DNA from: an uncultured Bacilli bacterium
GTDB taxonomy: Bacteria; Bacillota_I; Bacilli_A; RF39; UBA660
Length of the DNA: 64,000 nt
NCBI GenBank assembly: GCA_934086935.1
Contig: CAKOIQ010000003.1
Location: forward strand, 5,528 to 69,527
Reading direction: 5' to 3'
Shown here: positions 21,282 to 29,309 of the stretch, one piece after another
Numbering within the stretch: position 1 is the first letter of the stretch
How the letters are laid out: each line of letters opens with the position of its first letter
Made by a program: the position numbers and the translations under genes
The notes under the pieces: model-generated
What the model was told of the DNA's origin: nothing
What the model saw: the letters and a program-made list of their open reading frames with translations, nothing else
Database searches by the model: none

Positions 21282-22112
21282 CTATTTAATATTTCCAACT
21301 GATTGTAACTTTTTAATTAAATTGGTTTTGTTTGTAAATCCTGAAATACATCCAGTAACTTTTCCTTTTTTAGTTAAAAGTGTTAATGGTGTACCAAATC
21401 CTTCAGAAAGAGATTGTTCTTTGCCAGTACTTGTACAAGATGCTGGAATAGTTAAATCAGATTTTAAAATTTTACTATATTCAGTTGAATCAAATGAATC
21501 TGAATCTATATAATAAATATTTGCTTTATTTTCTGCAGCAACTTCATTATAAATTGGTTTAAATTTATTACACCAACTGCATGTATTACGTCCTAATACA
21601 ATCATTGCTGGTTCTTTACTATCAACCACTTTCATGAAAGCCTTATAAGTAGATACTGTTTTATATGCTACTTCAGAGTCATCGATTTTATTATTTACAT
21701 ATTTATCAACATATTTATTGATGTTTGACTCATTAACAACGTCTTTTGTAATTAATCTTACTTCATTGTTAACGGCAAATACGTAAACGTCTCCTTCTTC
21801 AAATAACTTGTTAGTTTCTACTAATGAGTCAATTTCTTCTCCGGTTAATTCATCAATATTTACAGATGCTACTTCAATTTTTGTTTCATTTTTTAAATTA
21901 ATTAAAGTTTCTTTAATTTTATCATAAGAATCTGCACCAGTATGTCCGAAATAGAATAATGTTAAATTTTGAGCTTTTGTAACTGCTTCTTTGTATTCTG
22001 TATAATTGTAATTAGTTACATTGTGACCATTAACAAAATTCACTATAATTGGAATTAATAGAATAATAACAATTAAAACAGGAATAATCCAACTTTTAAT
22101 TTTATCTTTCAT
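21282..22112 (-). CDS. membrane-anchored thioredoxin-fold protein
   Basis: 276 aa with an N-terminal TM. The C-terminal domain has a CxxC active site in thioredoxin context (VLGRNTCSWCNKFKPIYNEVA). Confidence 0.7.
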   Translation of the reverse strand: MKDKIKSWIIPVLIVIILLIPIIVNFVNGHNVTNYNYTEYKEAVTKAQNLTLFYFGHTGADSYDKIKETLINLKNETKIEVASVNIDELTGEEIDSLVETNKLFEEGDVYVFAVNNEVRLITKDVVNESNINKYVDKYVNNKIDDSEVAYKTVSTYKAFMKVVDSKEPAMIVLGRNTCSWCNKFKPIYNEVAAENKANIYYIDSDSFDSTEYSKILKSDLTIPASCTSTGKEQSLSEGFGTPLTLLTKKGKVTGCISGFTNKTNLIKKLQSVGNIK

Positions 22113-22181
22113 TTTATATACCTCCTCAATGATATTTTATCTTTTTTTTGATGAATAATCAATTGTTATTGATAGTTTTCT

Positions 22182-23030
22182 TTATTTTAAGAGGTATTTG
22201 TTGATTGGTACTAACACTGCATTTGCATCTGCTTTTCCTAATTCATATAACATTTTTAATTTCTTTTTATTTTTTTCTAGTCTTTTAATTTTTAAATTTT
22301 GACTTGGTCTAATAAATATTATTTCATTTTTTCTAGATTTTTCTTCTATATACTTTATTGTTTCATTATACATAACAGGACGTAATTTAAGAGCATGTAT
22401 AAAGTTTGGATATTTATTATAAAAAAGCCATGATGGTTGATGTTTATATTTTTTGGTATAATTTTCTGGTCGTGTCCCTATTACAACTATTTTATTATAA
22501 CCTAAATTTTCCATGTGCTTTATGGGAATACTATCACAAGTTGCTCCATCTAAATAACATTTATTATCTATTTCTACAATTTTAGATACATATTGCATTG
22601 AACCTGAAGCTCTTAAATATTCCATTTCCTTATTATTTTTTAAATCTTTTATTTCTACATATTCAGCTTTTCCAGTAGATAAATTTGTTACCACTACAAA
22701 AAACTTGGTTTTATTATTTTTAAAGGTTTCATAATCAAATTTATCTAATTCATTCACTAATTTATCAAAACAAAAATCTTTGTTCATTATATTACCAGTT
22801 TTTAAAAATGATTTTATACCCATATAATCTTTATTTCTAATATATTTTAAGTTATAACGGTACACTCTTCCCGGTTGATGAGATTTATAATTAATCCCAA
22901 ATAATGCACCAGCTGATACGCCTATAATTGCATCAAATTGAATGTGGTTTTTCATTAAGATATCTAGAACACCAGCAGTATACATGCCTCTCATGGCGCC
23001 ACCTTCTAGAATTAAACACGATTTATTCAC
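22182..23030 (-). CDS. patatin-like phospholipase
   Basis: 282 aa. Oxyanion-hole GGAMRG, nucleophile elbow GVSAGA and a downstream DGA (catalytic Asp) motif. GTG start preceded by AAGGAG. Confidence 0.85.
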   Translation of the reverse strand: MNKSCLILEGGAMRGMYTAGVLDILMKNHIQFDAIIGVSAGALFGINYKSHQPGRVYRYNLKYIRNKDYMGIKSFLKTGNIMNKDFCFDKLVNELDKFDYETFKNNKTKFFVVVTNLSTGKAEYVEIKDLKNNKEMEYLRASGSMQYVSKIVEIDNKCYLDGATCDSIPIKHMENLGYNKIVVIGTRPENYTKKYKHQPSWLFYNKYPNFIHALKLRPVMYNETIKYIEEKSRKNEIIFIRPSQNLKIKRLEKNKKKLKMLYELGKADANAVLVPINKYLLK

Positions 23031-23111
23031 AAATTTCTCCTTCTACAAATAATCTTATTTACTATAACTCCTGAGGAATATTACCATAAGAATAATAATT
23101 AAATATTTCAT

Positions 23112-23362
23112 TTATAATTTTTGGTATTCTTCTTCATTAATTAAATCACTATTTAAATATTTATTTTTAATTTCTATAAGTAAATTATTATATAATTCGT
23201 TATATTCTGTTTGAGCGATTATACTTATTTTTATTATTCCTAAATCTGGATTTAATAAAATCGTTTTTCACTTTCCGCCAAGCCTAGAATATTAATTGTT
23301 TTGTTGGGTGTAAATGTTTTATAATATAAACTTCTCACCGATTCTTCTTTTATTAAATCCAT
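23112..23362 (-). pseudogene. frameshifted small gene remnant
   Basis: Own translation: MDLIKEESVRSLYYKTFTPNKTINILGLAESEKRFY* continues out of frame as LNPDLGIIKISIIAQTEYNELYNNLLIEIKNKYLNSDLINEEEYQKL*. No family recognised. Confidence 0.35.
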
Positions 23363-23726
23363 AATTATTACTCTCAGCTATTGTAATTATACAATAATTT
23401 TTTGAAATATTCTATTAATATGTTTACAGTGTTTATATTACTGTATACGTTGAATTTATAAATAATATCTTGTTAATAAATATTAAAAAATAAAATACAG
23501 TCTTATTGCATACTGATATATATGTAAGTACAACCTAATTGAACATATTTGCTAATGATGTATTTTGGTATGAATATAACGACCACTAGGCATAAATTCA
23601 TAGGTAGTAGTAACTAATAGTTGATTAAATTATATTACGGCATTGCCATTTTGAAATAAACATTTTATCTTTTTTATAGTCTGTAAATAATTTTTATTGT
23701 ATGATTAAATTAGAGGTTGTTAAAAG

Positions 23727-24125
23727 ATGTATAATATTTGGTGTAAGGTAAGAGTGTCAGATATTTTTTTTGTTGTTTTAGGAGTAATCTTTTCAATAGG
23801 TTCATTTTTTATTGATAGTAAATATGATTACATAATATTAATAGTTACTTTATTATCAATTATTTATTTATTAAAGTGTATTTTTAAGTATTTATCATTA
23901 AAAAAGCATGGTACATTGATTCAGAATATTCCGTATGAATTTAAGCAAATAAATGATAAGGAAAAAGTGTAGATTATCAATTGTCAACTTAATGATGGTA
24001 ATTCTATTCAACTTTTTAAAAAGAAATTGAACTGGGGTAATACTAATTCTAGTGGAACACCAGATGTTTTGATATATTTTAATAATCCGAAGAAATATTT
24101 TATTTTTGATCCTAAAACAAAATAA
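23727..24125 (+). pseudogene. two-TM membrane protein gene interrupted by an in-frame TAG (DUF3592-like?)
   Basis: 81 codons, then TAG at 23970-23972, then 50 more in-frame sense codons (IINCQLNDGNSIQLFKKKLNWGNTNSSGTPDVLIYFNNPKKYFIFDPKTK) to TAA at 24123-25. The only good terminator follows the second part. TAG is a normal stop elsewhere (rpmH, yidC, mnmE, parB, rpoE). Confidence 0.5.
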
Positions 24126-24203
24126 ATAATATTGTCTTTCAAAAGAGTTCTTCCCCTTTATATACTATTATTGACTTTGCATATGTTAATTTTAGTTTTA
24201 TTA

Positions 24204-24227
24204 AACGAGTCGTAGCTCGTTTTTTTA
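24204..24227 (+). terminator. rho-independent terminator
   Basis: AAACGAG-TCGTAG-CTCGTTT followed by TTTT. Confidence 0.6.
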
Positions 24228-24376
24228 TGCTAAAATTTTTATCATTATAGTTTTAAATTTTTTTAATATCCATTTATAAAATGTCATTACCATCATTAAA
24301 TACTTAATAATAAATATCTCCATTTATGATGGTGGATTTTAACCTATAAACTGTATGTTCTTTTCGTTTTTAATAA

Positions 24377-24403
24377 CAAAAAAACTAACTATTTCTAGTT
24401 AGC
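24377..24403 (-). terminator. terminator downstream of tmRNA
   Basis: Minus strand CTAACTA-GAAA-TAGTTAG followed by TTTTTTTG. Confidence 0.6.
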
Positions 24404-24444
24404 ATCTATTACTTAAACTCAAAAAGTTCGAGTATCAATCAATA

Positions 24445-24801
24445 TGGTGGAGCCGAGCAGAATTGAACTGCTGTCCAAAATATTTTTATAGTACAATCTA
24501 CAAGTTTAGATAATTTGTTATTTCACTAGTAGGAAGAAAATTATCTAAATTGCTACTAGCTGAGCTTAAAAATTTTCATTAAATAAATCAAGCAATTTAT
24601 TTAATATAATCTACTATTATGAACCAATTTAAAACTCTGTAGATTTAGTCTTAAACTAGTGCTCCGTGCCAACTATTAGGCAAATGCTAGAGCTGTATTA
24701 TAATTTGTATTGTCAGTTATTTTAACTGTTTTGCTATTTAGGATAGCAACCACTTGCATGTAAAATAAAATATATATTTTGTCGAAACCAAAAACGGCCC
24801 C
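24445..24801 (-). ncRNA. ssrA: transfer-messenger RNA (tmRNA, SsrA)
   Basis: The minus strand starts GGGGCCGTTTTTGGTTTCGAC... and ends ...GGACAGCAGTTCAATTCTGCTCGGCTCCACCA (tRNA-Ala-like acceptor/T-arm with CCA). The internal tag ORF is ...GAC AAT ACA AAT TAT AAT ACA GCT CTA GCA TTT GCC TAA TAG. Confidence 0.9.
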
Positions 24802-24835
24802 GTGTCTAATATATTAACATATTTGGAGCCGTTTA

Positions 24836-25129
24836 TCAATCTTCTTTAAATTTTAAAATTATTTCGCCGTCTTTAGATAGCATAAATTTTTCACGAGCAT
24901 ATTTAGCGACATAATTCGGATCTTGTAATTTAGTAATTGCACTGTTTAGTTCTTCTTCTTCCTCTAATAATGCAGTATAAGACTGTTCAAGTTTTTTAGT
25001 TTCTTTACGATTTGCAAGAATACCATTCCAGCAATTATAAGAGAATACAGCTAAATAAGAAATTACTATTATTATTAATAATGACCAGATCATGATACGT
25101 CTTTTATCTTTTTTAGTTAATTTACCCAT
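24836..25129 (-). CDS. divIC: septum formation initiator DivIC (FtsB/FtsL family)
   Basis: One TM followed by a coiled coil (KKLEQSYTALLEEEEELNSAITKLQDPNYV...AREK). yabP-yabQ-divIC synteny fits. ATG at 25129 has GGAGAG 8 nt upstream, so the GTG at 25138 is less likely. Confidence 0.8.
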   Translation of the reverse strand: MGKLTKKDKRRIMIWSLLIIIVISYLAVFSYNCWNGILANRKETKKLEQSYTALLEEEEELNSAITKLQDPNYVAKYAREKFMLSKDGEIILKFKED

Positions 25130-25188
25130 GACAAACACTCTCCGTATTATGATTATATCATTTTTTTAAAATTTTGCATTAACTAATT

Positions 25189-25425
25189 CTAAGGTTTACA
25201 CTTTTTTATTAAAGTTTTACACTTGTAATTTAAAATATACCCTAAAATTAAAGCTATTTTTAAGATATAATTAATTATACCGTCATTTAAAAGAAATAAT
25301 ATATAAATATAAATTAGAGTAAATAACATTGTCAAAATAAACATTTTGGTATTATTTAATTTTGTAATATAAGCATATAGATATCCTAATAAAATGGAGA
25401 GTAATATTAATAATAATTGTTTCAT
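25189..25425 (-). CDS. yabQ: small membrane protein, YabQ-like (spore cortex biosynthesis) by position
   Basis: 78 aa with 2-3 TM helices. Overlaps the yabP stop by 4 nt and sits in the yabP-yabQ-divIC position. Confidence 0.5.
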   Translation of the reverse strand: MKQLLLILLSILLGYLYAYITKLNNTKMFILTMLFTLIYIYILFLLNDGIINYILKIALILGYILNYKCKTLIKKCKP

Positions 25426-25703
25426 CTAAATAATTTTACCAATAAACTATTATCTTTTTGAGATGTTTCATTATATGAGAAACTATTAATTTTTCCTTTT
25501 ATTGATACATTTCCGTCTACCGTATCTAATTTTATTATTTCAAGATTTTCACCTTTTATTATTATATTCCCCATAATTGATTCTAAATTAAATTCTTTAT
25601 CATCAAAATTTATTATTTTTTTTATGCCACTTATTATGATATTTTTACGATCATTTAGTTTCACAACATGTGTGAATGCCGGTACATCTATTAATTTATC
25701 CAT
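25422..25703 (-). CDS. yabP: sporulation protein YabP
   Basis: 93 aa. Pattern ...L.DRK...I.G......FD...F.L.......I.GE.L.I..L......V.I.G.I matches the YabP family, and synteny fits. Confidence 0.8.
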   Translation of the reverse strand: MDKLIDVPAFTHVVKLNDRKNIIISGIKKIINFDDKEFNLESIMGNIIIKGENLEIIKLDTVDGNVSIKGKINSFSYNETSQKDNSLLVKLFR

Positions 25704-25756
25704 AAAAAAGCCTCCTATTAATTAATAATATGAGGCTTATTAATAATTATTACTTA

Positions 25757-26014
25757 TTAAGCTGCTTTATTGTATTCTTCAATAATAGCGTCTTCAAATT
25801 GTTTACGAACATCTGGATTTATTGGATGAGCAATGTCTCTATATCCGCCTGTTGCAGTTTTTCTACTAGGCATAGCTATAAATAAACCGTTGTCTCCTTC
25901 TATAATTCTAATGTCGTGTACAGCAAATGCATCGTCTAGTAATACAGAAGCAATTCCTTTCATACGAGAGCCTTCTTTTTCAACTTTTCTAACACTAACA
26001 GATGTAATTTTCAT
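25757..26014 (-). CDS. spoVG: septation/sporulation regulator SpoVG
   Basis: [11 protein letters not shown]...[44 protein letters not shown] is strongly SpoVG. The second ATG (26014) has optimal spacing from AAGGAG. Confidence 0.95.
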   Translation of the reverse strand: MKITSVSVRKVEKEGSRMKGIASVLLDDAFAVHDIRIIEGDNGLFIAMPSRKTATGGYRDIAHPINPDVRKQFEDAIIEEYNKAA

Positions 26015-26087
26015 AACATTCACTCCTTCTACTATACTGTTTTAGTTAATTTAATTTTAATCCATTGTGCAACAAAATGCAACATAT

Positions 26088-26300
26088 TTATGATAAAAAA
26101 TTAATTAAAATGTCTTTACTTAAAATATCTGAATATGAATAACTCTTTTTTTCAATGCCATTTGAAACTATAAATACGTGACTATAACATTCAGAAATGT
26201 ATCCATAAAATATTTCGTTTCGATTGCGATTTTCTCTAGAAGTGACTTTTATTTCTTTATTTAAATGATTTCTTATATCCGTTTTAATTGATTCAATCAT
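26088..26300 (-). CDS. veg: Veg (biofilm-formation stimulator, DUF1021)
   Basis: 70 aa. I..I+..+..H.G..+.+....R.R......G.I...Y..+F+V pattern, with yabG-veg synteny. Confidence 0.8.
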   Translation of the reverse strand: MIESIKTDIRNHLNKEIKVTSRENRNRNEIFYGYISECYSHVFIVSNGIEKKSYSYSDILSKDILINFLS

Positions 26301-27070
26301 CTTGGATACCCCACATACATAAGTCCATTACAAACAACCCCTCCCATTCCATCTGAACCATACTTGGTTTTATTTAATAATTCTATTAAATTTATTGTTT
26401 TCATTTTGTCTGTTAAAGCAATAGTTGTAGCTATGATTGCTGGATCAAGTGCATGTATATTTACTCGTTTCGGACTGGATGCAAAATTTGCTCCACATTT
26501 TATTAATTCCTCATAATCACTTTGACATGCACCTGCTATAATAATTAATTTATCGTGATTTTTTTCGTATTTTCGTGCTTTTTTTACGGATTCACAAAAA
26601 TATTTAGAATTTCTATAATTATTAATATTTGATTTTGAACCTTTTTTAGGATAATATGCATCATGTCCTGTTATTATAACAATATCTGGATTACATTCTA
26701 TTAAATATTTATTTATCTTGCTTGGAAGCTCTTCTTCGTTAACTACTTTACCAAATGCTTTTAAATTATTTTGTTTATAATAATTTAAGCATCTGTTTAA
26801 GTATTCTTCATCACCGTCACAATGTAAAATTTTGGCTGGCATGTAAAAGTATTCATTACGATCCAAATTATCGTTATTATTTATTTTATATTCAAAATTA
26901 TCTTTTCTGGTTTCTGTATATAAAACTAAATCTTCAATAGGACTATCAGCATATAATCTTACATTTTCGCCTTTTAGGTAACAAATACCATCTTTTATAT
27001 TTAATATTTTAAATATTGTATCATTGTTATAACTCTTTCTAGTTACATAGTCACCTTTTTGAAAGTTCAT
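26297..27070 (-). CDS. yabG: sporulation-specific peptidase YabG
   Basis: MNFQKGDYVTRKSYNNDTIFKI... parallels the B. subtilis YabG N-terminus. ILHCDGD..YL..C and ITGHDAY motifs are present, and ksgA-yabG-veg synteny fits. Start trimmed to the ATG at 27070 (AAGGTGG upstream). Confidence 0.8.
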   Translation of the reverse strand: MNFQKGDYVTRKSYNNDTIFKILNIKDGICYLKGENVRLYADSPIEDLVLYTETRKDNFEYKINNNDNLDRNEYFYMPAKILHCDGDEEYLNRCLNYYKQNNLKAFGKVVNEEELPSKINKYLIECNPDIVIITGHDAYYPKKGSKSNINNYRNSKYFCESVKKARKYEKNHDKLIIIAGACQSDYEELIKCGANFASSPKRVNIHALDPAIIATTIALTDKMKTINLIELLNKTKYGSDGMGGVVCNGLMYVGYPR

Positions 27071-27111
27071 GAATACCACCTTATTAAATTTATGCAAAAA
27101 AAAAGCAAATA

Positions 27112-27903
27112 TTATTGCTTTAGTTTATTTGATATTTCAATATATACTTCTATTGGTATTTCTTCAGCACGGTTATTTAGAGAATAGCTATTTGCTTCTA
27201 ATACCGAAGATATTATATCTAAATTAAAATTTTTTAAATTGTTTCTTAAATTTTTTCTTTTAAATTGGAAAGCTGATTCAATTAAGTTATTAAAAATATT
27301 AAAATCGGTTTTCTCTTTATTATTTGGAGTCAATTTAATAATTGCACTATCAACATTTGGTCTTGGATAAAAACAGTTTTTACTTACATTAAATAATTTT
27401 TTTATATCATAAAAATAATTAAGAAGTACGGTAATATATCCATAATCCTTTGTTTGGGGCTTAGCTGATAATCGATCTGCTACTTCTTTTTGAACCATTA
27501 ATACTAATCCTTGGGGATTTATATTAGCAAAAGTAATCTTTTTTATAATTGGGGTTGTTATGTAATATGGGATGTTTGCTATTACATATAAGTTCTCATA
27601 TTGCATGTTTGATAAATCAGAGGTTAAATCAGCTTCTAAGAAATCTTTAAAAAATATTTGAGTTTTTTCATTTTTAATTGATGCTAATTGTTCTTTAAGA
27701 GATTCATCTATTTCATAACAAATAATATTACAATTATATTTTTGAAGCCATTTAGTTAAGTTACCGCTTCCAGGGCCTACTTCAATAATTAAATCATTAG
27801 GATTAGGATTTATTGATGTATATATTTTTTGTAGTATGCCTTGATCAGTTAAAAAATTTTGACCATATTTCTTTTTAAAAATGTGTTCTTTCATATTAAT
27901 CAC
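27112..27903 (-). CDS. rsmA: 16S rRNA (adenine1518/1519-N6)-dimethyltransferase RsmA/KsgA
   Basis: KKKYGQNFL...IIEVGPG.GNLT...ANIPYYITTPII motifs. The start is uncertain (GTG 27903 or ATG 27894). Confidence 0.93.
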   Translation of the reverse strand: MINMKEHIFKKKYGQNFLTDQGILQKIYTSINPNPNDLIIEVGPGSGNLTKWLQKYNCNIICYEIDESLKEQLASIKNEKTQIFFKDFLEADLTSDLSNMQYENLYVIANIPYYITTPIIKKITFANINPQGLVLMVQKEVADRLSAKPQTKDYGYITVLLNYFYDIKKLFNVSKNCFYPRPNVDSAIIKLTPNNKEKTDFNIFNNLIESAFQFKRKNLRNNLKNFNLDIISSVLEANSYSLNNRAEEIPIEVYIEISNKLKQ

Positions 27904-27938
27904 ACCAATAGTTTATCATAAAAAAAAGATAGTTTAAA

Positions 27939-28466
27939 CTATCTTGTATATCCGAATCTTAAAATATTGTATGAAATATCTTTTCTTCCAACATTTGTTA
28001 GTGCTTCTTGTTGAGAAGCAACTAGTAAATCGAGTGCTGTTCCAGTTACGCCTCTATCTAATACTATAGCTGTTATTGGTGCTTTATTTAAATTAAATTG
28101 AACTATTGAACCACATGGAAGACTTCTCGATGAAGCAACGATTCTAACTGTACCATAATCTTTATCATTATAGGTAGTAATTCTATCTGTTAATACGTTT
28201 TGACCAGTACAGCCAAGAGTTCCGCCACATAATGGACAATCAGCTGCATAACCTGTTAAAACGCCATTGTATGTATCTTTAGGAGTGTACAAATCATTTC
28301 TTTGAATCTCTTCAATCTTTATTGACATTGCGTGTAAATCTAAAGTTTTATTTAAATTATCATTTGTACTTTTTAGTTCAGATTGTGGAATACAAACTGA
28401 TGGAAAAGATAAAATTGTAATTGTTATTATGATTAATCGAAAGTATTTGAATATATTTCTTTTCAT
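27939..28466 (-). CDS. secreted 3D-domain (YabE/MltA-like) cell-wall protein
   Basis: 175 aa with a signal peptide. The C-terminal G.LTGY...CP.CGG...G ... VA......G....+......A.V.DRG pattern resembles 3D domains. It occupies the yabE slot between tatD and ksgA. Confidence 0.65.
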   Translation of the reverse strand: MKRNIFKYFRLIIITITILSFPSVCIPQSELKSTNDNLNKTLDLHAMSIKIEEIQRNDLYTPKDTYNGVLTGYAADCPLCGGTLGCTGQNVLTDRITTYNDKDYGTVRIVASSRSLPCGSIVQFNLNKAPITAIVLDRGVTGTALDLLVASQQEALTNVGRKDISYNILRFGYTR

Positions 28467-28502
28467 AATTCATGCTCCATATCTTTTTTCATTGTATCAT
28501 GT

Positions 28503-29255
28503 TTAATTTTCGATGTCAAAAATATCATTGAAATTTGATTCTAAAATATTTTCAACTTCTTTAGGTAATAAACCATATATTTCGCAGATTTTCTTTTCAA
28601 TTATGTTTAAATTTAAAGGTTCATTTATAGTTCCTCTTAATGGAGCTGGTGATAAATATGGTGAATCAGTTTCTAAAAGAATGTTTTTTATGTTAATTTT
28701 TGATAAGGTTTCCGGCAAATTAGAATTTTTAAATGTTACTACTCCACCAATGCCTAATTTAAATCCCAGTTTTATAAATTCAGTTGCTGTTTCAAGACTG
28801 CCAGAAAAACAATGGATTATTCCTTTATTATGATGACGTTTTAATACTTTAAGCAGATCGTCAGTGGCGTTGCGATTATGAATTATTACTGGCAAATTAT
28901 TTTTTTCTGCTAATGTTAAAAAATAGTCTAATAATTTTAATTGTTCATTTTTATTTTGATCATTGTGATAGTAATCTAAGCCTATTTCTCCAATAGCGAT
29001 TATGCCTTTAGTATTGATGTTTTTAGTAATATAATCTAATTCTTTGTCGAGGTTTTTGCCTATGTTATCTGGATGAATTCCTAGTGCACCATAAACATTT
29101 TGATTATTTATAAGTTTTAAAACCTCTTCATTACTTATTTGATTGTATCCATTTATAATTATTCTTTTTACATTTGAAGATGACAAATTATCAATTATTG
29201 ATTGAGGATTATAATATTCTGTAGAAAGAATATGACAATGTGTATCTGTTAACAT
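28503..29255 (-). CDS. tatD: TatD-family metal-dependent DNase/hydrolase
   Basis: DTHCHI ... GEIGLDY ... PVIIHNR ... GIIHCFSG ... ETDSPYL motifs, with metG-tatD synteny. Confidence 0.9.
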   Translation of the reverse strand: MLTDTHCHILSTEYYNPQSIIDNLSSSNVKRIIINGYNQISNEEVLKLINNQNVYGALGIHPDNIGKNLDKELDYITKNINTKGIIAIGEIGLDYYHNDQNKNEQLKLLDYFLTLAEKNNLPVIIHNRNATDDLLKVLKRHHNKGIIHCFSGSLETATEFIKLGFKLGIGGVVTFKNSNLPETLSKINIKNILLETDSPYLSPAPLRGTINEPLNLNIIEKKICEIYGLLPKEVENILESNFNDIFDIEN

Positions 29256-29309
29256 TTAAAATCACCTTATTTTAGTATAAATTAAAAAGCATCTTATAAC
29301 AAGATACTT

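Noticed and set aside
23363-23726. A 360-bp gene-free stretch, inspected for riboswitches, sRNAs and repeats.
   Set aside because: I could recognise no conserved riboswitch core, stable extended helix or repeat. It is probably decayed or promoter DNA.
24231-24323. A minus-strand 30-codon ORF, MEIFIIKYLMMVMTFYKWILKKFKTIMIKF, between the tmRNA terminator and the neighbouring terminator. It is hydrophobic with a Lys-rich tail, like a type I toxin.
   Set aside because: It has no Shine-Dalgarno, no evident promoter or antisense RNA partner, and such ORFs arise easily by chance in this AT-rich DNA.
24326-24340. TGATGGTGGATTTTA resembles the tmRNA 3' end (TGGTGGAGCC...), suggesting a possible att-site duplicate of an integrated element.
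   Set aside because: Only about 7 nt match, and there is no integrase or other mobile-element gene nearby.
24779-24787. TTGTCGAAA (a Spo0A-box-like TGTCGAA) at the 5' end of ssrA.
   Set aside because: It is the reverse complement of the universally conserved tmRNA 5' sequence GGUUUCGAC, so the match is coincidental.
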